In this document: positions 25,636-36,264 of the stretch, in pieces
How the letters are laid out: each line of letters begins with the position of its first letter
Position numbering within the stretch: position 1 is the stretch's first letter
Assembly: GCA_003213135.1 (NCBI GenBank)
Contig: QCNT01000004.1
Coordinates: 12,956 to 76,955, forward strand
Reading direction: 5' to 3'
DNA length: 64,000 nt
Source: Pelagibacteraceae bacterium AG-426-I15
Lineage (GTDB): Bacteria > Pseudomonadota > Alphaproteobacteria > Pelagibacterales > Pelagibacteraceae
The notes under the pieces: generated by a model
Told to the model about the DNA's origin: nothing
The model's database searches: none
What the model saw: the letters and a program-made list of their open reading frames with translations, nothing else
Position numbers and translations under genes: made by a program

Positions 25636-28600
25636 ATTTATATCTAAAAAATAAAAATTTTTTAAAAAAAAACCATTCTTATTATCAGTCATTAGAGCAT
25701 GATGCGTGTGGAGTAGGTTTAATAGCCTCTCTAGATGGAACGAAAAAAAGAGAAATAGTTGAATATGGAATTAAATCATTAAAAGCAGTTTGGCATAGAG
25801 GAGCCGTAGATGCTGATGGAAAGTCAGGGGATGGCGCAGGACTATGTGTTGAAATTCCAAAAGACTTTTTTTTAGAAAAAATAAGGGATACCGGACATGA
25901 GCATAAGGGGGAAGAAAATATATGTGTTGGAATGATTTTTCTCCCACGCACAGAGTATTCTGACCAGGAAAAATCCAAAACAATAGTTGAAAGAGTTTTA
26001 TTAGAAAGTGATTTTTACATTTACGGATGGAGACAAGTGCCTGTAAACCCTTCAATTTTGGGAAAAACCGCGGACTCTAATAGGCCTGAAATTACACAGG
26101 TTATTTTTAAAAGCAAAAAACCATTAGATAGAAATGTTTTGGAGCGTTTACTTTATGTGGCCAGAAAAAAAATATTGAAAATTACCCGAAGCCAGCAAAT
26201 TAATGACTTCTATATTTGCTCATTAAGCTCAAGATCAATTATTTACAAAGGCATGTTTTTGGCAGAGGCATTATCAGATTTTTATCCAGATTTAAAAGAT
26301 AAAAGATTTATTTCTCGTTTTGCAATTTTTCACCAAAGATTTTCAACAAATACTTTTCCAAGTTGGAAGCTTGCCCAACCATTTAGATGCTTAGCGCATA
26401 ATGGAGAAATAAATACATTAAAAGGTAATATTAATTGGATGAAAATTCATGAACAAGATATGTCAAGCAAACTTTTTAATAATGTTGAAGATTTAAAACC
26501 TGTAATTACACCAGGCAATTCAGACTCTGCAGCTCTCGACAATGTTTTTGAATTACTAATTCATTCAGGTAAAACTGTGCCTCTCATTAAATTGATGATG
26601 ATGCCGGATGCTTGGTCTAAAAGAAGTAAAGTTCTGCCAAAAACTCATCAACAACTTTTTGATGTATTAAATAGCACAATCGAACCATGGGATGGTCCAG
26701 CAGCAATATGTGCAACAGATAGTAAGTGGGCAATAGCTGCTACAGATAGAAATGGTTTACGTCCGTTAAGATATTCAATTACCTCTGATAATATTTTTTG
26801 TGCTGGATCCGAGACCGGTATGGTCAAAATTCCTGAAAACAAAATAATATCAAAAGGAAGACTTGGACCAGGACAATTAATTGCTGTTAATCTAAAAAAA
26901 GGAAAAATTTATAAAGATAAAGAAATTAAAGACCACCTATCAAAAGATTATAAAAAATTTCATAAACAAATTATTCATTTAGACAAGAAGATTCAAACGG
27001 AGAAAGAAATAGTAAATTTTACAAATGAAGACTTAAGAAGAAGACAATATATTTCTGGTTACAGTATTGAGGATTTAGAATTAATTCTTCATCCAATGGT
27101 AGAGGACGCAAAAGAAGCTACAGGATCAATGGGTGACGATACTCCAGTTGCTGTTCTATCAAATCATTACAGGCCTATCTCTCACTATTTCAGACAGAAT
27201 TTTAGCCAGGTTACAAATCCACCTATAGATTCATTAAGAGAAAACAAAGTAATGAGTTTAAAAACCAGATTTGGAAATCTTGGAAATATTTTAGATTTTG
27301 AAAATTTAACTAAAGAAAACATATATGTTTTAGATAGTCCTATATTATCAAATTCTGAAATAAGAAAATTTAAAAATATATTTTCAAAAAAAATAGGGAT
27401 TATAGATTGTACATTTAATATAAATGAAAGCCTCAGAACAAGAATTGAAAAAATTAGAGAAGAAGCTGAAATAGCTGTAAGAGGAGGCACAAATCACTTA
27501 ATTCTCTCAGATCAAAATGTATCCGAGGTAAGAGCAACTGTTCCAATGATTTTAGCAGTTGGTGCTGTACATTCAAATCTAGTTAAACTAAGTTTAAGAG
27601 GGTACGCCTCAATAAACGTTCAAACTTCTGAAGCAATGGACACACATTCATTTGCGGTTCTTTTAGGAGTTGGAGCTACAACAATAAATCCTTACCTTGC
27701 AATCGATAGTATATACCAAAGATATCAAAAAAATTTATTTGGAAAATTAGATTTTGAAAATTGTATTGATAGGTTTAAAAAATCTATCAACGCAGGTTTA
27801 TTAAAGATCATGTCAAAAATGGGCATTTCAGTATTAAGCTCCTATAGAGGAGGCTGTAACTTTGAGGCCGTTGGTTTGAGCAGAGGTTTAGTTGATGATT
27901 ATTTTCCAGGCATGATATCAAGAATCTCAGGCATTGGAATTTCAGGAATTGAGAAGAAAGTAAAAGAGCTACACTCAAAATCATATCAAAAAAACGTAAT
28001 AATGCTGCCCATCGGTGGCTTATATAAGTACAGAAAATCTGGTGAAGAACACCAATTCAGAGGTAATTTAATACATTTATTACAAAGTTCAGTCGGAAAC
28101 AATTCATACGAAACTTTCAAAAAATACACTAGCGGCATTAACAATTTAGATCCGACAAATTTAAGAGATCTACTTGAGTTTAGAAAAATAAATAAAAAAA
28201 TAAACGTCGAAGAGGTTGAACCGATTGAAAAAATTACCCCAAGATTTGGAAGCGGAAGCATGTCACATGGAGCTTTATCTTCAGAGGCACATGAAACCTT
28301 AGCAATTGGTATGAACAGAATAAAGGGATCATCTTGTAGTGGCGAAGGCGGAGAAGATGAGAAAAGATTTGTTATACAAAAGAACGGTGACTCCTCAAAT
28401 TCAAAAGTAAAACAGATAGCCTCTGCAAGATTCGGTGTAACAGTTAAATATTTAAACAATTGTGAAGAAATAGAAATTAAAATAGCACAAGGTGCCAAGC
28501 CTGGAGAAGGCGGTCAACTACCTGGTTTTAAAGTCACAAAAGAAATAGCAAAATTAAGACACTCAACACCTGGAGTAACACTAATTTCACCTCCGCCGCA

Positions 28601-30131
28601 TCATGATATATATTCTATAGAAGATTTAGCCCAATTAATTTATGATTTAAAACAAGTAAACCCAAAAGCAAGAGTTGGAGTAAAATTAGTTGCATCAACT
28701 GGAATAGGAACAATTGCTGCAGGAGTAGCTAAAGCAAAAGCAGATGTTATTTTAATTTCTGGCCACTCCGGCGGTACTGGTGCTAGTCCTCAAACAAGCG
28801 TAAAGTATGCTGGCATACCTTGGGAAATGGGATTGACTGAGGCTAATCAAATTTTAACTCTTAATCAGCTAAGACACAAAGTAACATTAAGGACTGATGG
28901 AGGTATAAAGACTGGAAGAGATGTAATCATTGCAGCAATGATGGGAGCAGAGGAATTTGGCATGGGCACTTCATCATTAATAGCTATGGGATGCATAATG
29001 GTAAGGCAGTGTCATTCGAATACTTGCCCTGTTGGAGTTTGCACACAAGACGAAAAATTAAGAGAAAAATTTTCTGGTACACCAGAAAAAGTAGTAAATT
29101 TTTTTAAATTTGTAGCAATGGAAGTAAGAGAAATTCTTGCCTCATTAGGCTTTAAATCCTTAAATGAAATAATTGGTAGAACTGATTTGCTACATCAAGT
29201 TAGTAGAGGTTCCCCTAATCTTGATGATCTAGACCTTAATCCATTATTAGTTCAAGCTGATCCTGGGGACAACAAAAGGTATTCAAATAAAGATTTAATT
29301 AATAAAGTTCCAGACAATAGTGTAGATGAAAAAATATGGGCAGATGTTAAAAATAAACTTAAGGAAAATAAAAAAATATTCATTGAGTCAGAAGTAAAAA
29401 ATACTGATAGAACAGTTGGCACAAAGCTATCACATTATATATTCCAAAAATTTGGTGAAAATTTTGCTGAGCGTATTCTTAATTTAAAATTAACAGGTTC
29501 AGCTGGTCAATCTCTAGGAGCTTTTCTTTCAAAAAATATCAAAATAAATTTGATTGGAGACGCTAATGATTATGTAGCGAAGGGTTTATCGGGGGGTACC
29601 ATAATTGTAAGACCTTCAGAAGATAACAAATTCAAAACAGACGAAAATACAATTATTGGAAATACAGTTTTGTATGGGGCAACCTCTGGAAAATTATTTG
29701 CTTCAGGTAAAGCAGGCGAGAGATTTTCTGTAAGAAATTCAGGCGCTTTAGCAGTAATAGAAGGTTGTGACGCAAATGGTTGCGAATATATGACTGGAGG
29801 AGAAATAATTATATTAGGGAAAGTAGGAGATAATTTTGGCGCGGGTATGACAGGGGGAATGGCTTTCGTATATGATCCAAATAATTCTTTCGGGAATTAC
29901 GCGAATCCTGCTTCAATAATCTGGCAAAAACCCGAAACTAAATTTTGGAAAGATAGATTAAAAAAAATATTAGAAGAGTACACCGTTGAAACTGATTCCA
30001 AAATATCAAAAAATATTCTAAAGGATTTTTCTAATGAAATTAAAAATTTTAAACAAGTTTGTCCTATAGAAATGTTGGATAAACTAGAAAATCCAATTAG
30101 TTTAAAAACTAAAATTTCTAAAGCTATCTAG
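25632..30131 (+). CDS. gltB: Glutamate synthase large subunit
   Basis: 1499 aa with an N-terminal CGVG amidotransferase nucleophile, an FMN/3Fe-4S domain and the C-terminal GXGXG domain. ATGA overlap with gltD. Confidence 0.95.
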   Translation: MNLYLKNKNFLKKNHSYYQSLEHDACGVGLIASLDGTKKREIVEYGIKSLKAVWHRGAVDADGKSGDGAGLCVEIPKDFFLEKIRDTGHEHKGEENICVGMIFLPRTEYSDQEKSKTIVERVLLESDFYIYGWRQVPVNPSILGKTADSNRPEITQVIFKSKKPLDRNVLERLLYVARKKILKITRSQQINDFYICSLSSRSIIYKGMFLAEALSDFYPDLKDKRFISRFAIFHQRFSTNTFPSWKLAQPFRCLAHNGEINTLKGNINWMKIHEQDMSSKLFNNVEDLKPVITPGNSDSAALDNVFELLIHSGKTVPLIKLMMMPDAWSKRSKVLPKTHQQLFDVLNSTIEPWDGPAAICATDSKWAIAATDRNGLRPLRYSITSDNIFCAGSETGMVKIPENKIISKGRLGPGQLIAVNLKKGKIYKDKEIKDHLSKDYKKFHKQIIHLDKKIQTEKEIVNFTNEDLRRRQYISGYSIEDLELILHPMVEDAKEATGSMGDDTPVAVLSNHYRPISHYFRQNFSQVTNPPIDSLRENKVMSLKTRFGNLGNILDFENLTKENIYVLDSPILSNSEIRKFKNIFSKKIGIIDCTFNINESLRTRIEKIREEAEIAVRGGTNHLILSDQNVSEVRATVPMILAVGAVHSNLVKLSLRGYASINVQTSEAMDTHSFAVLLGVGATTINPYLAIDSIYQRYQKNLFGKLDFENCIDRFKKSINAGLLKIMSKMGISVLSSYRGGCNFEAVGLSRGLVDDYFPGMISRISGIGISGIEKKVKELHSKSYQKNVIMLPIGGLYKYRKSGEEHQFRGNLIHLLQSSVGNNSYETFKKYTSGINNLDPTNLRDLLEFRKINKKINVEEVEPIEKITPRFGSGSMSHGALSSEAHETLAIGMNRIKGSSCSGEGGEDEKRFVIQKNGDSSNSKVKQIASARFGVTVKYLNNCEEIEIKIAQGAKPGEGGQLPGFKVTKEIAKLRHSTPGVTLISPPPHHDIYSIEDLAQLIYDLKQVNPKARVGVKLVASTGIGTIAAGVAKAKADVILISGHSGGTGASPQTSVKYAGIPWEMGLTEANQILTLNQLRHKVTLRTDGGIKTGRDVIIAAMMGAEEFGMGTSSLIAMGCIMVRQCHSNTCPVGVCTQDEKLREKFSGTPEKVVNFFKFVAMEVREILASLGFKSLNEIIGRTDLLHQVSRGSPNLDDLDLNPLLVQADPGDNKRYSNKDLINKVPDNSVDEKIWADVKNKLKENKKIFIESEVKNTDRTVGTKLSHYIFQKFGENFAERILNLKLTGSAGQSLGAFLSKNIKINLIGDANDYVAKGLSGGTIIVRPSEDNKFKTDENTIIGNTVLYGATSGKLFASGKAGERFSVRNSGALAVIEGCDANGCEYMTGGEIIILGKVGDNFGAGMTGGMAFVYDPNNSFGNYANPASIIWQKPETKFWKDRLKKILEEYTVETDSKISKNILKDFSNEIKNFKQVCPIEMLDKLENPISLKTKISKAI

Positions 30132-30878
30132 CTCTCTAACAATTTTTTTTAAATTTTTCATTTGCGATAAGCTATGATCACCATTTTTGACAACAACAAT
30201 TTTTTTTTTTGCCTTTGTAAACAAAGATAAAACTTTTCTCGAAAACGAAACTGGAACAACCTCATCTTTTTGACCATGAAACATAGTAACATTTATTTTA
30301 AGGTTTATTTTTTTAGATAAAACTTTATTTTTCCTTCCGTCTTTAATTAATTGATAAGTTACAGGATATTCATATTGTTTTTGTCTAAATTTTGGGTCTC
30401 CGTGTTTAATTATACTCACACCCTTTTCTATTATTTCTTTCTTTATTTTTTTTGGAAATTTTTTCCACATTAATTTTTCTAGAAATTCGGGTGCAGACCC
30501 AATACCAATAAAACCTTTAATTTGTTTTTTAAAATATTTAAACTGATTCAAAGAAATCCATGCTCCCATGCTTGACCCAATTAAAATAAAATCATTTTTT
30601 TTTACCACTTTTTTTATTATTTTTTTTGCATCGGTAGACCACTCTGTGATGTTTCCTTTTGTAAATTCTCCTGATGATTTTCCGTGACCAGAATACTCTA
30701 AAGCTAGGTAGCCTAATTTTTTTCTTACCGCATATTTTCTAAATGCAGTAGGTTTTTCTCCTTCAATGTCAGACATAAAACCAGGAAGAAAAACGATATA
30801 TAGGTTTTTCTTGTAATAGTTGTCTAAAAATCTAAGTTTTTTTGTTTTGGAAATTTTAAGGTATTTAAATTTTTTCAT
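30102..30878 (-). CDS. Alpha/beta-fold hydrolase
   Basis: GSSMGAW nucleophile elbow (GxSxG), with distal D and GDH residues. Confidence 0.7.
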   Translation of the reverse strand: MKKFKYLKISKTKKLRFLDNYYKKNLYIVFLPGFMSDIEGEKPTAFRKYAVRKKLGYLALEYSGHGKSSGEFTKGNITEWSTDAKKIIKKVVKKNDFILIGSSMGAWISLNQFKYFKKQIKGFIGIGSAPEFLEKLMWKKFPKKIKKEIIEKGVSIIKHGDPKFRQKQYEYPVTYQLIKDGRKNKVLSKKINLKINVTMFHGQKDEVVPVSFSRKVLSLFTKAKKKIVVVKNGDHSLSQMKNLKKIVRELDSFRNFSF

Positions 30879-30921
30879 TTAAAGTTTATCTAACTAATCT
30901 GTTACTATATATCTTAAACAT

Positions 30922-32080
30922 ATGTTTTCTAAAATGAAAGTTTTACAAGTTATACCAAAATTAGGCTATGGAGGAGCAGAGACAGGGTGTTACGATCTCG
31001 CACATTTTCTGGCAGAAAAAGATTGTAAATCTTATATAGTTACTAGTGGAGGGCCATTATTAAAATTTATAAAAAAAAATAAAGTTAAAGTTATAAGACT
31101 TCCAGTTCAATCAAAGAATCCAATTTTAATTTTATTAAATACTTTAATTTTAACTTTAATTATATTATTTCTTAAAATTGATATTGTTCATGCGAGAAGT
31201 AGAGCTCCCGCCTGGTCTTGTTTGCTTTCCTGTTTTTTTACCGGAAGAAAATTTGTAACAACTTTTCACGGGACTTATAACTTTAGCAATAAAGTAAAAA
31301 AAATTTTATAATTCAGTAATGGTTCGTTCAGATCTTGTAATTGCAGGATCAAATTTTATTTTTGATCATATACATGAAAATTATAATGATCTTTTAACAT
31401 CAAAAAAACGAATTCTAGTTATTTTCAGAGGGATTAATACAGACTACTTTAGCAATTCCTCGGTAACTAATGAAAAAATAAGCAAAATAAACTTAGACTT
31501 AAAATTGAGTCCTGAAACTTTTAAAATATTACTGCCCGGAAGACTCACAAAATGGAAGGGACAAGAAATGTTTTTAGAGTCACTCAGTTTACTAAGAGTC
31601 AAGTATGGTAGAGATAACTTTCAAAGTATTATATTAGGAGATCATCAAGGTAGAAAAGTATATTTTAAAAAATTATTGTCCATGGTCGAACAGTATCGCT
31701 TAAATAAAAATGTAATTTTTGTTCGTCATTTAAGTGAAATGCCAGTCATTTATTATATATCAGATGTTGTTGTTTCTTCATCAATCGAGCCAGAAGCTTT
31801 TGGAAGAGTTTCAGTAGAAGCCCAGGCTATGCAAAAACCAATCATAGCAAGTGACCTGGGAGGATCCAAAGAAACAATCAAAGATAAAAAGAGCGGATTT
31901 TTATTTAAAAACAATAACCCAGATTCTTTGGCAGAAAATTTAAATAATTTAATTGATATGGGCAAAGACAAGTTGCAATCGATAGGAAATGAGGGTAGGA
32001 AAAACGTATTAATTAAATTTGATGTTGAAAAAATGTGTCAAAGTACTTTTGCAGAATATAAAAAGTTGTTAAAAATTTAA
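30922..32080 (+). pseudogene. Family 4 (GT-B, group 1) glycosyltransferase, frame broken once at an A8 run
   Basis: The N half (30922-31311) reads KVLQVIPKLGYGGAETG..FVTTFHGTY. The C half (31319-32080) has EAFGRVSVEAQAM..P.IASDLGGSKE. Removing one A at 31296-31303 gives ..NKVKKFYNSVMVRSDLVIA.. and a 385-aa protein. Confidence 0.8.
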
Positions 32081-33997
32081 ATGCCTGAAATTAAACTTTT
32101 AGATGGAAAAAAAATTTCATTCACGAAATCAATCAATGGTTTTGATATAACAAAAAAAATAAGTAAATCTTTAGAGAAATCCGCTTTGATTATGGAAGTA
32201 AATGGAGAATTAAAAGATCTTAGTTTTCAAATTAAAAAAGATTCGAAAGTTAAAGTTATCACCGATAAAGACAAAGAAGGTTTAGATGTAATGAGACATG
32301 ATGCTGCTCACATTATGGCGATGGCAGTTCAAGAATTATATCCAGGGACACAAGTAACAATCGGCCCCGTTATTGAAAATGGTTTTTATTATGATTTTGC
32401 AAGAAAAGAACCATTTACAAGTGACGACTTAAAAAAAATTGAAAAAAAGATGTCAGAAATAATTGATAGAGACGTCAAAACAAAAAGAGAAGTTTGGGAA
32501 AGAAATAAGGCAATATCACATTTTAAAAAAATAGGAGAAAAGTACAAGGCCGAAATTATTGAGAGTATACCAGAAAGTGAGGAACTTTCGGTATATCATC
32601 ATGGAGATACCTGGCACGATTTGTGTCGAGGCCCACACTTAGTCTCTTCAAAACAAATAGGCAAAGCTTTTAAATTAACAAAAGTTTCAGGAGCGTATTG
32701 GAGAGGTGACTCAAACAATGAAATGTTACAAAGAATTTACGGAACATGTTGGAGTTCTAAAAAGGAATTGGATGACTATTTAAACAGATTAGAAGAGGCC
32801 GAAAAAAGAGATCATAGAAAGTTAGGTAAAGAAATGGATTTATTCCATTTTAGAGAGGAAAGTCCCGGATCAGTGTTTTGGCATGAAAAAGGTTGGAATT
32901 TATTTCAGAGATTAATTGAATATATGAGACTAAAGCAAAGAAATGCAGGTTATAAAGAAATTAATACACCCGAATTATTAGACAAAAGTCTTTGGGAAAA
33001 ATCAGGACACTGGGATAAATTTGGCGAACTGATGTTTACATCTGAAACTCCGGATAAAAAAACTTTTGCAATTAAACCAATGAATTGTCCTGGATGTGTT
33101 CAAATATTTAAACAAGGTTTAAAAAGTTATCGTGATTTACCTCTTAAATTATCTGAATTTGGAAAAGTTCACAGGTATGAACCTTCAGGAGCGCTACATG
33201 GCCTTTTAAGAGTAAGAGCATTCACCCAAGACGATGCCCATATATTTTGTACAGAAGAGCAAATTACAGACGAATGTATAAGTGTAACAAATTTAATATT
33301 GGATATTTATAAAAATTTAGGTTTTACAAAAGTATTTTTGAAATTTTCTGACAGGCCCGAAAAGAGAGTGGGAGATGACAGTATTTGGGATAAGTCTGAA
33401 AAAGCTTTATTAGCTGCCATTAAAAAAACTAAATTAGAATTCGAGACAAACAAAGGTGAAGGAGCTTTTTACGGTCCGAAGATAGAATTTGTTTTAAGGG
33501 ATGCAATTGGTAGAGATTGGCAATGTGGAACCTTACAGGTAGATTTGAATTTACCCGGTAGACTGGGAGCAACTTTTGTAGATAAAGATGGATCTAAAAA
33601 AACACCTGTCATGCTACACAGGGCATTATTTGGGTCTTTAGAAAGATTTATTGGAATATTAATTGAAAACTATGCTGGGAAACTTCCGTTTTGGCTCAAT
33701 CCAACACAAGTTGTTGTATTGCCCATCTCAGAAGAACACAATAAGTACGCAAAAAAAATATTTGAAGACCTCTTCAAAGAAGGTATAAAATGCGAAGTGG
33801 ATTTAAGAAATCAAAAAATTAATTATAAAATAAGAGAACATTCTTTGGCGAAAGCTCCTTTATTATTTATATGTGGCGATAAAGAGATCAAAGAGAATAG
33901 CGTAACTATTAGAAAACTCGGATCTGAAAAACAGGAAAAAATTAAGTTAGATAAAGCAATAAATAAAATGAACTTACTCAACAAATTACCTATTTAA
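32081..33997 (+). CDS. thrS: Threonine--tRNA ligase
   Basis: TGS domain, HDAAHIMA editing motif and class II core (FHFREESPG, RVRAFTQDDAHIF). Confidence 0.95.
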   Translation: MPEIKLLDGKKISFTKSINGFDITKKISKSLEKSALIMEVNGELKDLSFQIKKDSKVKVITDKDKEGLDVMRHDAAHIMAMAVQELYPGTQVTIGPVIENGFYYDFARKEPFTSDDLKKIEKKMSEIIDRDVKTKREVWERNKAISHFKKIGEKYKAEIIESIPESEELSVYHHGDTWHDLCRGPHLVSSKQIGKAFKLTKVSGAYWRGDSNNEMLQRIYGTCWSSKKELDDYLNRLEEAEKRDHRKLGKEMDLFHFREESPGSVFWHEKGWNLFQRLIEYMRLKQRNAGYKEINTPELLDKSLWEKSGHWDKFGELMFTSETPDKKTFAIKPMNCPGCVQIFKQGLKSYRDLPLKLSEFGKVHRYEPSGALHGLLRVRAFTQDDAHIFCTEEQITDECISVTNLILDIYKNLGFTKVFLKFSDRPEKRVGDDSIWDKSEKALLAAIKKTKLEFETNKGEGAFYGPKIEFVLRDAIGRDWQCGTLQVDLNLPGRLGATFVDKDGSKKTPVMLHRALFGSLERFIGILIENYAGKLPFWLNPTQVVVLPISEEHNKYAKKIFEDLFKEGIKCEVDLRNQKINYKIREHSLAKAPLLFICGDKEIKENSVTIRKLGSEKQEKIKLDKAINKMNLLNKLPI

Positions 33998-34000
33998 TAA

Positions 34001-34546
34001 GTGCAAAAACCTAAAATAAATTATTTCCGAAGAAAACCAAAGATTGATTTGCCAAGAACAAATCACAGAATCCGAAGCATTGATGTACAAGTTATAAATA
34101 GTGCTGGAGAAAACCTTGGTATACTTCCAATTAAAAAAGCTATTGAAATTGCAAAAAGCGAAGAACTAGATCTAATTGAAATCTCACCAAACGCTACACC
34201 TCCTGTTTGTAAAATTATGGACATGGGAAAATATAAATACGACATGCAAAAGAAGGCAAGTAAAGCAAAAAAAAATCAAAAAACTGCAGCATTGAAAGAA
34301 CTTAAATTGAGACCTGGAACAGAGATACATGATTATAATTTTAAAATTAAAAATGCAAAAAAATTTTTAACTAAAGGTGATAAAGTAAAATTTACAGTTA
34401 AATTTAAAGGAAGAGAAATGCAGTTTACCCAACAGGGAAGAGATTTAATGGACAGAATAATAGAGGACACAAAAGAACTAGGCAAAGTAGAGCTAAATCC
34501 AAAATTTGAGGGTAGACAGATGATTATGATCATTCAGCCTAATTAA
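34001..34546 (+). CDS. infC: Translation initiation factor IF-3 (non-AUG start)
   Basis: NHRIRSIDVQVINSAGENLGI, PPVCKIMD and KELKLRP motifs. There is no in-frame ATG upstream of the conserved core. Confidence 0.92.
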   Translation: MQKPKINYFRRKPKIDLPRTNHRIRSIDVQVINSAGENLGILPIKKAIEIAKSEELDLIEISPNATPPVCKIMDMGKYKYDMQKKASKAKKNQKTAALKELKLRPGTEIHDYNFKIKNAKKFLTKGDKVKFTVKFKGREMQFTQQGRDLMDRIIEDTKELGKVELNPKFEGRQMIMIIQPN

Positions 34547-34603
34547 ACTCACCTTTGTTTAAACTTGTAAACTAAATTTAAACTATATATAAATCCGATA
34601 CTT

Positions 34604-34810
34604 ATGCCAAAATTGAAAACAAAAAGCTCAGCAAAAAAAAGGTTTAAAATTACAAAATCCGGTAAGGTTAAAATGCCACAAGCAAATAAAAGACACGGGA
34701 TGATTAAAAGAACTAATTCACAAATAAGAAAACAAAGAGGCTCTACAATAATGTCTAAACAAGACTCTAAAATTGTAAAATCTTACATGCCTTATAGCTT
34801 GAGAGGATAA
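34604..34810 (+). CDS. rpmI: 50S ribosomal protein L35
   Basis: [15 protein letters not shown].. signature, positioned between infC and rplT. Confidence 0.93.
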   Translation: MPKLKTKSSAKKRFKITKSGKVKMPQANKRHGMIKRTNSQIRKQRGSTIMSKQDSKIVKSYMPYSLRG

Positions 34811-34811
34811 A

Positions 34812-35168
34812 ATGGCCAGAACTAAAAGAGGAGTAATAAGTAGAGCAAGACACAAAAAAGTTTTGAAAGCTGTTAAGGGACAATTTGGCAGAAGAAAAAA
34901 TACAATCCGTATTGCTAGACAGGCCATGGAAAAAGCTCTTCAATATGCTTATAGAGATAGAAGAAATAAAAAAAGAGAATTTCGTTCTCTGTGGATTCAA
35001 AGAATAAATGCAGGAGTAAGATCTGAAGGTCTAACTTACTCTAAATTCATAAATGGTTTAAATAAGTCAAAAATTAAATTAGACAGAAAAGTTTTAGCTG
35101 ATTTAGCCTATAATAATCCAGAAGCCTTCAAGTCATTGGTTAAAAAAGTTCAGTTATCAATAAAATAA
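34812..35168 (+). CDS. rplT: 50S ribosomal protein L20
   Basis: [26 protein letters not shown] signature. Confidence 0.95.
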   Translation: MARTKRGVISRARHKKVLKAVKGQFGRRKNTIRIARQAMEKALQYAYRDRRNKKREFRSLWIQRINAGVRSEGLTYSKFINGLNKSKIKLDRKVLADLAYNNPEAFKSLVKKVQLSIK

Positions 35169-35208
35169 ACTTGTTTTTTCTTTCACAAAGTTAGAGTAAA
35201 AACTAACA

Positions 35209-36264
35209 ATGGTAGATTTACGAGAATTAATTCAAAAAGTATCACAGGCCAAAAGTAAGTTAGAGTTGCAAAACCTAAAAACTCAATTTTTGGGAAAAAA
35301 TAGTCAAATCAATCAAGAATTTAAAAAACTTGGATCTTTAAATGAAAATGACAGAAAAATCCTGGCAACTTCTCTTAACAATGAAAAGCAAAAAATTTTA
35401 GATGCTATAAATAATAAGTTTAAAGAATTAGAAAAAAATGAAATTAATCAGAAACTACAAAAAGATAAAGTCGATGTTACATTACCTGGTAGAGAAAGAC
35501 CAAATGGAAAAATACACCCTGTCTCACAGGTCATAGATGAAATTTCTTCAATATTTTCTGAAGTTGGCTTTTCTGTAGCCGAAGGCCCAGATGTAGAAAC
35601 TGAATATAATAATTTTACTGCATTAAATACTCCCGAAAACCATCCTGCCAGAGATATGCATGATACTTTTTATTTAGACGATAACAAAAAAATTTTACTA
35701 AGAACCCACACTTCCCCAGTTCAAATTAGAGCTATGTTAGCTGGAAAGGCTCCATTTAAAATTATTGTTCCTGGAAGGACTTACCGATGCGATAGTGACC
35801 AAACGCATGCGCCAATGTTTCATCAACTTGAAGGTTTACATATAGATAAAAATATAACTATGGGACATCTAAAAGGCTGCTTAGATTATTTTGTAAAGGA
35901 ATTTTTTGAAGTAAAAAATATTCGAATGAGATTTAGACCAAGCCATTTTCCTTTCACAGAACCTTCAGCAGAAGTTGATATTGGTTATAGATTAGAAAAT
36001 GGAAGAATTATTGTTGGTGAAGGAGATAAATGGCTCGAGATATTAGGTTGTGGGATGGTTCATCCAAATGTTTTAAAAAATGCAAAAGTTGATACAAAAA
36101 AATTTCAAGGTTTTGCATTTGGAATGGGAATAGATAGACTTGCGATGCTTAAATATGGAATAAATGATCTTAGATCTTTTTTTGAAGCTGATTATAGATG
36201 GTTAAATTATTTTGGATTTGATCCATTAGATGTTCCTACAAATTATAGAGGCCTAAGCAGATGA
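35209..36264 (+). CDS. pheS: Phenylalanine--tRNA ligase alpha subunit
   Basis: [27 protein letters not shown] and [14 protein letters not shown] motifs. Confidence 0.95.
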   Translation: MVDLRELIQKVSQAKSKLELQNLKTQFLGKNSQINQEFKKLGSLNENDRKILATSLNNEKQKILDAINNKFKELEKNEINQKLQKDKVDVTLPGRERPNGKIHPVSQVIDEISSIFSEVGFSVAEGPDVETEYNNFTALNTPENHPARDMHDTFYLDDNKKILLRTHTSPVQIRAMLAGKAPFKIIVPGRTYRCDSDQTHAPMFHQLEGLHIDKNITMGHLKGCLDYFVKEFFEVKNIRMRFRPSHFPFTEPSAEVDIGYRLENGRIIVGEGDKWLEILGCGMVHPNVLKNAKVDTKKFQGFAFGMGIDRLAMLKYGINDLRSFFEADYRWLNYFGFDPLDVPTNYRGLSR

